Assembly: GCA_965649765.1 (NCBI GenBank)
Contig: OZ287758.1
Location: 42,470,001-42,534,000, forward strand
DNA from: Bispira polyomma
Taxonomy: Eukaryota
Direction of reading: 5' to 3'
DNA length: 64,000 nucleotides
Under the pieces are notes generated by a model that ran no database searches, was not told the origin of the DNA, and saw only the letters and a program-made list of their open reading frames with translations. Positions 37,119-50,646 of this stretch are shown here, one piece after another. The position numbers and the translations under genes were made by a program. The number at the start of each line of letters is the position of its first letter. Position 1 is the stretch's first letter.

Positions 37119-37676
37119 TGTAAATAGACTGGTCAGGTTATGTAGAAATGCTACATACAGTTATTATACAGCATATCTTTCCTTTTCCAGCTGTCACGAG
37201 CTGACCTTGAGTAGTGCTTAATACTCAGCTCAAACGTTCTGACCATAAACTTTTGACTTGTAGACTGCTATTTTGATGTCACCAATTATGTTTATTACAT
37301 CCATTAAATTATAACCAGAACTCTACTGGTAAGGGTAATGACATTTAGGTGTATTCAACAAGGTTTTGTACAGAGACTACATACATTTAATATACAGCAT
37401 ATCTTCCTTTTTCTAAATCTAGGTCCCTTTTTTACTCAGAATCAACTGAAAAGAAAGTGACATGGTAATCCCTTGACATGAAATCCCACTCCAACACTTA
37501 CCACAATTTCTATTTTAAGAGCTTTCAGTGCTGACTAGCAATATACACTCTGAATTGACTTAACTGGAGTCTAGTCAGAGTTATGTGGACCTGGGTCTGA
37601 ATTTTATTTTGCGAGAGCTTATTGTTCAATGTAGGTCCATACTTCTAAAATCCTTCATATGAATTCCTCTCTATAA

Positions 37677-38170
37677 TGGGCCGGTCCCACCGGATTTACG
37701 TTAGGATATGCAAGTCACGCATGGCCTTGTAAAATATTTGATGCAAAACGTCATGCAAAACTAGAAATTAGCGATTTTCTCCACGTTGAAGGCGTCAGCA
37801 GATATTGAAATATATGTATTAGTACGTCAAAAGCTGTAAAGTATCGCAGGGGATGCATATGTTCACGTCCAAGTACGTATTTGAACCCCCGTATGACATG
37901 CATGATTACGCCAATACACGAAAAAGGACGTCATAATGATGCACATTTACACACTGTGATGCATATCTACATTTCAGTACATCATACTTTTGCATCACTT
38001 GCATGTCCAAATTTCAAACGGTTTAAAATTATAAATTTCTTGCATCTTATCTCTCACGCCAGGTTATGTATGTTTATATATATTACGTTAACTCCTGCAT
38101 ACTCCATGCAAACCCTACGCAAATTAATTTTCGAAAGACTCCTAACGTGATGGCTGGTGGGACCAGGACA
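37677..38170. mobile_element. PIF/Harbinger-like MITE
   Basis: Imperfect TIRs gggccggtcccaccggatttacgttagga / tcctaacgtgatggctggtgggaccagg, flanked by TAA and TTA. Confidence 0.65.
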
Positions 38171-39260
38171 TTAGGCATATTAGGTATTGTGATCACATAT
38201 TTCAGGAAGAGAAACTATAAACGCTATACCTGATTTTTGATCTACACTACTTATCTTTCTTGCTAAAAGAATGAGGTGGTCAGGTCTCCGGTAATTGCAT
38301 CTTGACATATTGATAAAAATGTATTTGGTGATATAAATGATAATAGAATTCAAGATTAAGTTTCAAACTAAACCATAGTCTAAACACATTTCAACACTCT
38401 AATACAGTAACTTTATTTATATTTTTACATTAAACTACTTTTGATGACAGGCTCAATATATCAAAACGAAAACTGCTACAATAAAAATAAAGACCAGAAA
38501 AAATTTAGGAAAAAATATGTAGATTATTTCAAGACCAAGTTGTGTGAGCAGTGCACAGTATTCGGGTCATAAATCATCAATCTTTTTTTTTTTGTTAAGC
38601 CAAAGCCAGCATAGTGCTCAATCACTAGTCTATCAATCATAGTACAGCATGATTTGTTTTCAAAATAAACTTGTTGCCTAACATTAGCCTTTCTATAAAC
38701 AAACAAGATGATCGGGGATGAACACCAGTAAATAGAATGAATTATCAGGAAATATTCCTGGAAATTCATAAAAAAACAATCTTCAACAACAAACTCTCCA
38801 ATGGATTTATTGCATGTAGCTTCAGGTTCATCAGCAGTTCATTAGATGTGTATATATGCCATAGTAACATGAATTGAAATATCCATGATTGCAGGTGCTT
38901 AGTACACAAAGTGGGCCCTCTCAGTTATGTCCTTGCAGAATTACAAGTGTTACCTTTTTGAATGTAGCCAATCATTCCTGTAATTTTCTTTTACAAATTA
39001 CACAGAATCAGAATCATTCATTAAGTTTTCACAGTAAAATTGAACATTTTAAATTATTTTCAATAAATAAATTTAAATAATAATTTAGATATGTCAGTGC
39101 CTTTGACCTTTGAAGTGAAGATTATGACCTTGATAGATAAAAACAGTTGGGAACATTATTTCAATCTAGCTCGACACACATATATAAAAAATATATATAC
39201 TGGTTAAATCTGTTTAACGTAAATAAGGCCACCTTAGTGAGAATAGGGTTCCCCTACTAT

Positions 39261-39631
39261 TAGTGTAAGAGACGGTAGACCAGAAACCTACTTACCGACC
39301 GTATGCGGCTGAACCGGTTCCATTTGATTGTACATCAGTAAAAACCGGTTTTACCTCACAAGAACACAAATCACATTACAATAAAACGTAACCATGTACT
39401 TTTTCACATCTGTCCCTATAATTCAGCAAAATTTGCAACATTAACTCAGCTTTTTTATCTATCGCAAAACAGGAAATGAGTATACAAATGCAGTACTTGT
39501 ATGGAAAACACAAAGCTCTCTCGTTTTTGGACTTCATTATGAAATGTATACTTTTTTCAGTAAAACCGGGTTTTCGTTCGAAATGTCAATTCGGCAACCG
39601 GTTTTAAAAATTCAAACCAACCACTACACTA
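39261..39631. mobile_element. hAT-superfamily non-autonomous element
   Basis: Perfect 8-bp TSD cctactat (39253-39260, 39632-39639); ends tagtgta...tacacta; internal aaccggtt motifs. Confidence 0.8.
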
Positions 39632-39829
39632 CCTACTATAAATACAAATTAAGAGCGACTTTAAGTCGACATAGGTTTAGGTAACCTTAAAGTCTATTTG
39701 TTGAAATTAAATTTAGTTAAACTGAATTTAAGGTTACCTTATATATATATACATGATAAAGATGGCCTTAGACTTATAAAGATCTAGTTGAGGTTACCAT
39801 ATATTTATAACTAAAAGGTGGCAGAACAG

Positions 39830-39975
39830 GATTAAAGGTTAAGAGTTCTCTTTGGCAAACCACCCGTCTTCAGCAAGTCTACTCCTAACCTTCCCACATA
39901 CGTAGTATTGCAGAGAATCGAACCATGACTGCAGAAGTAGGAGGCAAGTGTGTTACCGTTACACCAAACCCTCCA
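39830..39975 (-). mobile_element. tRNA-derived SINE (family 4)
   Basis: Reverse complement: tggtgtaacggtaacacacttgcc...ggttcgattctc...gtagacttgctgaagacgggtggtttgcc; relatives at ~22310-22480 (+), ~28600-28720 (-) and 40470-40620 (+). Confidence 0.65.
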
Positions 39976-40469
39976 GTGGAATAGTGTCTTTGAGAACGCA
40001 TATAAGTCTATTGCAGACAAAGGAACATCAGTGGTATTTCCGGTGTGCACCCCGTGTGAAAACGTAGCACAAAGTGACAAAAGCCAAGGAACAATATATA
40101 TATGTACAAAACTAACCCCTTGACAGAGCACACAAAGGAGTGACAAAAAGGAAAGCAATCATATTGGTGTACTAATGACCCAATGGCATAGCACAGCAAA
40201 AAGTAACAAAAGCAAAGGAACCATATTGGTACATCAGCTACATCTACTAATACCCGGTTTTGGATGGATAATGGTGTTTTAGGGGCAATGAAAGACTAGT
40301 CATGCAGGAGATCGATAACCGGTGCATTATTAGATTGTACTTTTATTATATGTAACATTAATACTGAAAAATGTCATCTGTTGTCAAGATTCCAAGTCAG
40401 TTTAGAAACAATCCATTGATAGAAAAATAAAATGTTTCAAATTATCAGATTTTTTTTACTCAAAAGGTG

Positions 40470-40620
40470 AGTTGAGGTTTGATAGTGCAGTGGTAACACA
40501 ATCGCATGTCATCTCTGCCACCAAGGGTTCAAATCTTGGCTCTGAGTGTACGTAGCAAAGTTGGGAGTAGATTTGCTGAAAGCTGGCGGTTTTAGAACAA
40601 AAAATATTTGACCTGTTTAG
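40470..40620 (+). mobile_element. SINE family 4 copy
   Basis: tagtgcagtggtaacaca...gggttcaaatc...ggagtagatttgctgaaagctggcggttt. Confidence 0.6.
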
Positions 40621-40947
40621 ATTTCCTCTGCTAGTGAACAACCTGTCGTGATACGGCACAAAACATGTTGAAAGGAATAACAAACCTAATGCCCTGGTCA
40701 CACCTAAATGAGTTAATGTCCCACAATCTAGCAGAGCAATATAGACTGGAAACATGGTAGTTTTGTGTTGAAGTAACATCATTTTCATCAAGGTGGAGTC
40801 GATTGTGATGTTTTGTGACGATGTTGGTGCTTTTACACACGGAGCGGGGCCAAAAATCGAACACTTTGCTAGTACGTTATCACTACCTACTACTACATAG
40901 AGCATAGTACTGCTACTTACTGCTGCGTTTTGCTGTGTTATGCTACT

Positions 40948-41422
40948 TAAAGCCTGGTCACACCTACATGTGCTGGAGCTACGTGTGTGTGACGTTTTTA
41001 ACCGGTTTGAAACGTAGTATATGGTAATGCCAATATGACAATCCCTGGTGCATTCGTTCTGTGACATTGCCTAACGGATGCCATCATTCCGGAAACATGT
41101 CGTTCTACGATGAATACTGACACTTGGAGACGATATCACTACCTACTGCTACATTATGCTATATTATGCTACTGATACAGGCGAGTGGACATGTCCTTAA
41201 GAAATGAAAAGCTCTGCCACAATTATTTCAAACAGTTAAAAGTCATCATGGCACTAGCTAAACGGAGACATTTCCGGAACGATATCATCCGTTAACCAAC
41301 GTCATGGGACAAACACAGCAGGGATCCTCACTTTTGCATTACATTCTACTACGGTTATACTAGGTTTCAAAACAGTTCAAAGCACCACAAACACATAGCT
41401 CCAGCATGTGTAGGTGTGTTAA
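40948..41422. mobile_element. Foldback-type MITE with ~150-bp imperfect inverted arms
   Basis: 40958-41108 pairs with 41255-41420 (e.g. cacacctacatgtgctggagcta / tagctccagcatgtgtaggtgtg; taacggatgccatcattccggaaa / tttccggaacgatatcatccgtta). Confidence 0.8.
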
Positions 41423-43259
41423 ATGAAAGTAACAAAGATATACTTGAGTCACAACAAGGCTTCACTATTACTTGGCCATTGATCACACAATAGATTTCTG
41501 TTGTTATGCCACTACTTTTTCTGTTGCTACTGCCTTTCTCTCCACAAATATACAGCTGAAGATCAACAACCAGAAAACGGACATTTTGTGTAAATAAATT
41601 ATATCTGGACCAAGGGCTCTCCTACTGTGTTCAATTATCAGGGCCTGTGTGGTAGACTCAAAATATGGGCTAACTACTCAACTTATACCTTGATTTGTCA
41701 GAAGCAGTCATTTATTTAAATTGAACCTTCTATTATATTTATTATGGCTAATGAAGTGGTAATAGTATCTGGTGTTTTAATTTGGCACATGTCACATAAC
41801 ACCTTGCATCTGGCCTGTCTGTCAGCAAATTTACATTTAGAATTGACATAAGTGTGAAACGTTTCAGCTGATTTCAGTCATCAATTTGGCTTGTAAATAT
41901 GGTATATTCATCTTCAGCGTTTGTGGCAAACTATAAAAGTCCAATGCCATATTAGACACTAAAATATCAAGTAACTATTAAGTTAAATGATCTATATGTG
42001 TACAACGTACAAGCAAATGTAAAAGCTAGGTAAGAATAAGTTTATTTTGCACAAATGTAAAAGCCAGGTAAGGATAAATTTATTTTGCATAAAGGAAGGA
42101 ACACCAAAGCTTTAGAACTTAATATAGTACAAGAGGTTAATTGGCATGGTGATTAAAGACGAACAAATTATTTGCTATTATTTACACATTTCATGTACTT
42201 TTACAGAAGATATATAGCCCCTAATGAAACAAAGGTTCCTTGATGTAGTCTATATTGGCACTGTAACCATCTATGTAAAGACCATCTACTGAAATTACTC
42301 TGGTGGGCCCTTAAACCCCTGGAAGTTCTAGTTATGTGTGCTGTTTGTTGTGTTCTTTACCTTGACTGTATTTAATTTAACTTTGAACATTATGTTTTAA
42401 TATTTTGCATTTCTGGGGAGGCCAGTCGGGGGTTAGCCTTGGATATCTTTATCAAGCAAAGCAAAATAAAATTACCATGGGCTACAATGTTTGTAGCACT
42501 TTTAGATAGACATGTACATCTACAGACCATGTCCATAGAAATGGGAGGTTTTTAATTGGAAGATATTTGACTTCAAACTTAACTTATTCCATGGGAATAA
42601 AAAATGAAACATAATTTTGTGAATAATATTTGATGGAATTCCATTCCTTGAAAGTACAACAACAGTTTCTTGAAAGTCAAACACTACATCCTTATATCCG
42701 TTATATTGCTGATAAAATTTAAACATTACGGACCACATTCATTTGCAATTTTAAATTAGAGTTTCAGCAAGAGCTGAGTATGACTCTCTAAAATAAATAT
42801 CCTCTCTGGAGAGGAGTACAATTAGGCTTTACATTAGTAGGTGCGGTGAATATATGTATATATTTGTGTGTGTCTGCCCCCCCCCCCCTCCTCTACACAC
42901 ACACACTCCTCAACACTGCAATGGTCATATTCTCCAAATATTTCATGCTCAACTCAACTTTAAATCTAACATCTACCTATCTTTCTGGCTGGAGGGATGA
43001 GTACACATACTACCTGATCTCATATTTTTGAAATGAGGGTACAAAGCTCTTTTAACATTAATGCTCACCAGTACAGGTTAGTGCCACATGCCTTGTACAA
43101 CAATGATGTTCTCATAGCCTACAGTTTGGCTAAGTCTAAAGTATTAAGTTTTGAGCTTCTTTGGAGAAGATTGGGCCCCAGATCTCTAAAGCCTTTTGTC
43201 TAGGTATATTTACACCAGATATTGCGTCTCTAAAATTTCAGAGACTGTCTAACATCCAC

Positions 43260-43530
43260 AGAGAGTGGGCTTGCCAGTAAACACAGAGAGAGAGAGAGAG
43301 AGATTCAGGGGCTGTGTGTCTGTGTGTGTGTGTCTGAAGGTTGAGAAGGTTGACGTTAACATAGCCACTCTCCTGTTTCTCTGCTGTGACCGGAAGTGGT
43401 GGTGGGGCTTCATTCGAATGGTTAACCACAATGATAGGATATCATATTTCTACACAGCTGCAAGCATTGACTGTCATCTCGAGAAGGACATAGTCAACAA
43501 TCGAAAAACATGTAGATTTACCTTTTAAGG
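43260..43530 (+). promoter_or_regulatory. Candidate promoter/first exon of the gene whose CDS starts at 50647
   Basis: (GA)n and (GT)n microsatellites, CRE-like tgacgt, ETS consensus accggaagtg at ~43389, donor taag/gtaaaa at 43530; the link to the downstream CDS is inferred. Confidence 0.3.
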
Positions 43531-45054
43531 TAAAACAAAATGGATATTTTTTGTTGTTTTTCTTACCACTGAATTTTTGTTTTAATAATTTAAGCAGACT
43601 GCCTAAAATTGTTGTGTTAAAGGCTTCCCTGAAAGTCGCTGTGGAAGTGAATATTTGCTTGAAACCTACCGTTCCTTTGCTGACAAAGTCTTGAAAATTG
43701 CAAACCTATTTTTGGGATTAATTTTCTTAATAGGACTTGAAAGTACCAACTTGTGGCTTTATGAGGTAAGTCACACTAGTCTAGTGTAGTTTAAAGCAGT
43801 TTAAAATGATAAACTATGTACTTTTTAGTGTAATTTCATCACTTCTTAGGGGGTGTATGTATATTTCTGACAGAACTGACACAGTCTGAACATAAAATTA
43901 CTAAAAAGTGACCTCTACATCAATTAGAAATATATAATACATTTGTAACTTTTCTGACTTTCTCCTTACTATATTTTTGATACTAAGTATACAAAATTAC
44001 TATTAATATATGTTTATTTTTTCTTCTGTACTGGCCACCTTAACACTATATATGTGTGATCAAAATACCAGAAAAAAGAAACAAAACAGTTAATACACAA
44101 ATAAATGTTAAAAAATATATATGCATATTGCCACTGTTTCTATTATTAAACCAATCGATTTAGCTGCACTAGAGTGGGTGGCTGTGGACGGTATTGTACA
44201 AGGGAAAGCACAAAACAAGAACAAAAAAAAAATAGACACCCTAATTGGTTCTCCAGACATGTGATAAAAACTCCTAGAAATCTATTTTAAAATCTTCTCA
44301 ATCTTTCTCTTCAATACAGTAATCACATTACTCTTCTAAGTTTAGCAAACAGTTGAGAGAGGAATAGGATTCAGACACACCAGACACACTGTCAGGTTTG
44401 TATATATCCTACCTTTGGCACCGATGTGTAACAAAAAGTGATTGTGAGAAACTATAGCTGCAAGAAAAGAGCTCGGGAAGGAGAAAGATTGCAAAGAGTA
44501 CTGACAAGCAAGAATCCATGCTAAGAATCCATGATAATTACAGAAACTTGACAAAAACTGTTTCATTAGTCCTGTTTTGGCTTGATCCTCAAACACATTT
44601 TCTAAAATAGCTTTTCTGTCAATTGAAATGACGTAGTTACTATTATTTTGGCGGGCTTGTGTACACAGAAATTTACATTACTGTTCATAATTATTTGTTT
44701 TGTTGACTACATATTTGTTTTGTTTTTTAAATCTCACTTTTGCTAATAATTTACAGAGGAATGGCATTTACACAATAGAGACACTGACAGATTTTGTACA
44801 GTATGTTCCAAACATTTTGACAATGTAATATATTGTAGATTACCATGTTGTTGGTTACACTTGACAAATGATAAAGCAACACTGTTATCTATTACAGACA
44901 AAGCAACACTTCAGTTTTCAAGAATTATAATCTTGAATGCTCTGTTGAAGTATATGCCAGTATCCAAAAAAAATAGGAAACTCAAATGCAACTATTCAGT
45001 TAGACGTTATTGTATATATGTATATATTGTATATATTGGTTCTACGCCATTCTA

Positions 45055-45300
45055 GGGGCTGCGGTGGCCTAGTGGTTAGCAAGCATTGCACTTCACAATC
45101 ACTGGTCTCTCACCTCTGGGCGGCGTGAGTTCGAATCCCGTCGATGCCTATGTGGGTGGTAGCTCCTTACTGTGGGCCGCTGGTTTCGCTGCAGAACCTT
45201 GATCGACTGTATGCAGTGTTTCCTCCAGCATTCCTAACTACCCGTCCCAATATAACCTACTAAAAGGTACTAGAGTGGACGTTAAATATCCAAATTCAAA
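45055..45300 (+). mobile_element. Second full-length copy of SINE family 3 with 15-bp TSD
   Basis: Highly similar to 36861-37118; TSD ttctac(g/a)ccattcta at 45040-45054 and 45301-45315. Confidence 0.9.
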
Positions 45301-46732
45301 TTCTACACCATTCTAAATGCCTTGTATGTACAAATATATTCCAAAGTTTTTAGTTGAAACTCTGACTAATTGAGGTAGTTCTCTTTGGATATCACTTATC
45401 TATACTTGTCTTCGTTCAATGGAACGAGGTAGCGGCAAATTTAGTATGTGGAAGCATGACTATGTGGATGTCTTTATTTGAGTAAGTCTGTCTTTGTCGA
45501 ATTCTACTGACAGTTCGCACCCAACAGTTAAATCGGCCATTAGTCCAGTCCTACTTAGCTTAATGACCTCTCTCTTTCTTTTAACACTGTCAAAGAACAA
45601 AGACTGTGTTTAGACAAAATATATTATAGACATAATGGTATTCAACAAAAACCAAGTCATATATCAACAAACATTATTACAGAGGGCATTTGGGGTGCAA
45701 TGCGTTCTTTACTATAATTGTCATATGGTTTTCGGTTTCTTTGGAAGAATGCTTTTGGTTCATAAAGAATGTGGTCAAAAAAAAGTTGTTGGTGTGTTTT
45801 ACTCGCGCTTTCAAACATGTTCACCAAAATATAAATGTACTCTATGACCTGTATGAACAGTCATGGCTACTACCTCTCCAGAAAAAATTCCACTTGCTTT
45901 AAATGTCTGTCTACGATAAATTTAAATACAGTTGTTAACTTATTTATCACCTAGAACAAATAGAAATGTACTTAACTCAATGTGTTTAAGAACATTTCAT
46001 TCATATACAGTTCTGGAAGAAGATAAAATAAAATAGTAAAACTACCCTTGAACAAATATTTGATGAAAGAAGATAATGAATACAATACGAGTCCGGTGGA
46101 CCGAGTTTTGTGTGTTTTATCTTCTTGAGCCATTTACATTTATTTGTTTAATACACACCACAGGGGTTGTTTTACATTTAGTATCCACTTGTAAAATATA
46201 AATACCTATTACTTAAACATTTATATTGTAAAATATTGAACTAACAGTCTAAAAAAGGCGTAAACTGTTGAAAATTCATGGCAATATAAATAAAAAGTAC
46301 TGACTTGTTACCATAAAGAATAAGCGTCAAATACAAACTTATTCTACTTTGAAAATTGGGGTTTGTACACAATACCATTGCATTATTTGATAAAAGTCAG
46401 AAGTTTTTGACAGCTTATGGATTAATTCGTTTACTATGACCGTAAAAACAACCTCAAACTGTATATAGTCTGTTTTTACGTTTCAAAGCCTTCCATAATA
46501 ACGTCACAATGCAAATCTGTAAGCCCAGAAGTATAGAGTTGTTACCTTAAAGAATTAGCTTCAAATTCATATTTAGAAAGTACTAAAAATCCAGTTTAAT
46601 ATTTCATTATGTTGTTTAAGGTTTATCTTTTGCGTTAAACACACTATTTATTAATTTACTATCTGATTGATTACTATCTGAATATTCAATAAAAATAACA
46701 TTAGAAACATTGTAAATCCCATAACTACTGCA

Positions 46733-46825
46733 GTTTTCATGTAAATTGCCACGGGCGCCGTGTGATACGGTTCATTGTATCACCCGGCCCGTATGATACG
46801 GGCCGTATCAGCCATGAAAACGTCA
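46733..46825. repeat. GC-rich nested palindrome (probable non-autonomous element core)
   Basis: gttttcatg...catgaaaac encloses tgatacggttcattgtatca and cggcccgtatgatacgggccg. Confidence 0.6.
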
Positions 46826-49171
46826 TACTTATGTCACAGTGGATAATAATAGCCAGAACTATTTCAAAATAAACTATGTCACTCGGTTGGTGCCATTTTG
46901 ATATTGTATTTAGTCTTTTTGTGGAAGAAACAAACCTAGTATAAACTATTAGTATTATCAGTATACCAATAATGGGTAAACAGTTAGGCATATTCATTTA
47001 CTCAGCTGAGAAGTGGGCCGATAAAGCCCATAAAAAGCCCCAATCTTAATGGTTTTTGTGATAAACTGATATTTATTTTATAGGGGTCATTTGGGTTTCA
47101 CTTTTCACTCGGCGGTGTAGAGTTAATAAACTAGCTTGCCAAACTAAACTCATGACAATCGTATAAATTAATGCAGACAGCATTCTACTTTAAATAAAAA
47201 GCTCGTGGAACGCTGTAAGAAAAATACTAGTTTTACATGGTGAATTATATTATTACTGTAAATATTGTAGAAAGTAATTCACCTTTCCAAACATTCTAAT
47301 CTGATATTGCTTCAGATATTTACTGGAGAAACAAAACCGTTGCACCCTAAATCCTACCATACCTTGTACATATTACTAATCAGAGTAATTACACTCTTGT
47401 TTTTGTTCATAAATAACATTGTCTATGTCCTGTTTGACACACCGGACAGGTATATTTTTGTTTTGTCTAATCCCAGAGTCTCACCAGGCCAAAAAACTAA
47501 AACAAGACAAAATCCTGGGTAGCTTATCTGAAAATCATGTTGGGCAAATGGAATTTGATGATGTACCTGCACTAATGGAGATCAGATATAGACAAGAATG
47601 ACTGTACAATACACTAATCCTTTGGATTCTTGGCAACAAGTATATTGTGCAATTTCCCCGTATACTTTTTTGCATTACCGTTCTCTTCCATTTTTGCAAA
47701 TAACTCATCACAGAAGAACAAAAATCTTCTTCAGCAGCCTTATAAAAAAAAGAGATTTATATCCTACATTATGGCAACAACATTACTTTAAGTGAACACC
47801 TTTGCAATACAAACAAAGTACTTCTCCGAGCAACTAGGTGCTGTCTCTTAATGAAAGTAAAATTTGATCCGAATGTTTAGTTGTTATATAGTGTGATTGT
47901 AATATAATGTAATTGTCAGTGACTATTATATAAAAGTAAATAATTACATGCTGGTAAAACAGTTGCTGATATTAAAACCTATGTAAAAGAATAATTTTGA
48001 TGGCCCAACGTATTTTATTATTATAATTACAACATTGCAAATGTACAAATTGATAAAAAAAACTACAGGCACGATACAAATTGTAATTGCTTCATTATGT
48101 GGTCATTAGATGATTAAGTGGTCAGTTGGATATGCACTAACCCTAACCTCTTGTAACACTGCTGATTCACTGGATCCTCTTAAACTCAATTCAGACTACG
48201 TGTTATACTATAGCCATTGCATTGCTCAATCTACTTAGTTTAAGGAAATGCACTCAAAGACTGATATGTGGTGTGTTGTTTTTCTTTCCTTACTTTATTT
48301 CAGACTTTAACTGGAGGGGTATGTGTTCTGTTGCACTGGAATGCTGAGTGCAGTTGTCTTGAACCAGTCTGCCGAACTGTTGTTATTTGTATGTGGTGCT
48401 GCATTACTGAAGTTACCTCTATCCCTTTTGTTGATGAAGTTTACCTTCTCCTATCACCGTGTATAAACAAGGATCTGTAGATATACAGTTAGGCAGAGAT
48501 GGAGAGAAAGGTATGTGGTTGTTGCTTCATTAAATTGCCTAAAACCAAGGAACAAGTCTGTCTACAGTGTTTCTACGGTGTTATTATTCCTCAAGTTAGA
48601 TTCGTGTAATTTGATTTGGGTTAACAAACATGGCTGTTGAAATATAAATATTGCCTACTAAGGGGTGTATGGTACTAATACGATTGATTGCTGAATATTT
48701 ATAACCGTCCCAAGCAGTGACCAATATGTAAACTTCAGAGATGTAAAGTTAGGAGACCATAGAGAATGACAACACAGCTAGTTGTGGGATAAAATTGTAT
48801 TTAATTTTAAAATGAGTACTATTTGTAACAATACACCCATAGCTAACCTTAATAACAAACAGGACTCTGTTACTTTAGCTTTAAACAGATCTTCAGAGCC
48901 TTAAGGTGGCAACAGATTTCTGAATGTACAAACCTGCATCTTGCGATATTGACCTGATCAAAAACACTAATAACTTTTATAACCAAGTAGTCAGTACAAA
49001 ATAGAGTTACGTGAAAATACAAATACTGTTTGTTACCTGCGACAGTTGAATACCATTTCTGAGCCAGTTACATGTTACTATGTTAAATGTGTGCTTTAAG
49101 AGTGCATAATACGATATGATATGATAACCCAGGCCGGCCAAATTTTGGGATTCTCCATTGAGGTATAGTAA

Positions 49172-49680
49172 TTATATCCACCAGGGGAGTAACTCCGGTG
49201 GATACTATGGATTAGTCATAGTTACGACGCCGCCTCCGATGCCGCAGCGTCAGTGTGTGTAGGGATTTTACTGTTACCGCTCTCCTGGGAAAACTTTTAT
49301 ATCTAGGCTCCTGAAATTTACAGGAAATGTTGTTTATTACCACACCTTGTCTGGGAGTAATTTTCCCCTCATTTTGACAAACAAGATGGCCGCCACGGGT
49401 GTTTCTTTAAAAATAATCAGGCTTTTAACTGTGTCTGTTTCTCAGCTGTAGAAGGTTAAATCTCTTTACGTGTGATATGTTAATTGGATATATATGTCCT
49501 TTATAAGCATGCAGACATTTGACCTTGAATCTCCTTATTCAAGGTCATCAACAGAGTCCCAACATATCCAAAGTGACTGATTTTGACTAAACTTTCCCTA
49601 GTGCCTAGTGCCAAGTGTTATGGGCTGGAAATCTTTTTATGTGGTCCGATTTGACCTTGGAACCCTCGTTTATAAGGTAA
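49172..49680 (+). mobile_element. HINE/DINE-1-like (Helentron-associated) non-autonomous element, truncated
   Basis: 5' palindromic atccacc...ggtggata, (GCC)-like microsatellite, aacaagatggccgcc and tgaccttg/caaggtca motifs; homologous to 56010-57020. Confidence 0.6.
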
Positions 49681-50646
49681 AAAATAAAATAAAATGAAAT
49701 AAATGTATTATACTTGTTTTCAGTTTCAGCAAAAGTTAAGGAATTATTTAAAATCATTTAAAGTACATGAAAAACTATGTTCAAACACATTTTGTCATTT
49801 GATGGGTGTTTCTATAGAACATGAATCTTAATAAATGATGAGATTTTGGACAACATGTACACAGGCTGGACTCTATTGAGAGTTTATATTATCCATAGCT
49901 TTAGAACTAATGCACTACAGTCATTTTTTAAGCCAATTCCTTGTTTTATCAGATGCTGAGTGCAGTGAGAATATACCAGAAAAGCAAATGTACATACTCA
50001 AGCAACTGCATCATCTGTTACAGATAAAGAAAAAAACAACACACAGCTTCTACCACTCAGGCATTGCTCATAAAGTAGTCTGGAGGTAAGAGTTTTTGTA
50101 GTACTTTTTATCCCAAATCCTCAAGATTTTGTGTAGTTTATAAATAAAAGAATAAAAGCAATGCGTACTAAATGAAATGTCTTAATTTATCATTTTTATG
50201 ACACATAAACCTAGTGAATGCAAATAAAATACATATGTTTGGTGCATTTAGGTTATAATATAATTGCAAATTTAATAAGTATTGAACTGACCAAATATAT
50301 TTATCTTTATTATATTAATTAAAAAAATATTTACATTATTATTTTAGGCAAATCTTCAGGATTATTGAGTATCCACCTAAAAGGCAATTAACTAATTTGA
50401 TGTATATCTGCTCATTAAATGATGTAGTTTTGTATCTGTCATTTTTAATTATCCATACATATACCTTTTTAAAATACGATGTTTATTTTTTAAGATGGCC
50501 ACGTGAACAGAAATATGATGTGTGTCATAAATATATACAATTCTTTTTAAATGAATCACTTAAAACATGTATATATCAACTGTCTTGTGCCTTAAACTAA
50601 TCAATTACTATAATGATATCTGTAATACTGTTTTGTGTTTGTAGCA

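Larger units (their letters stand above)
43598..50085 (+). other. Putative non-coding 5' UTR exons 43598-43765, 48304-48510, 49953-50085
   Basis: Each is bounded by AG and a strong donor (gtaagt, gtatgt, gtaaga); an in-frame TAG lies just upstream of the main ATG after splicing. Confidence 0.45.

Noticed and set aside
40456-41067. 203-aa minus-strand ORF
   Set aside because: Spans a SINE and a MITE arm and has no protein-like motifs; most likely a chance ORF
42013-42090. Small tandem duplications (38 bp x2 here; 19 bp x2 at ~28180)
   Set aside because: Ordinary slippage duplications with no further structure
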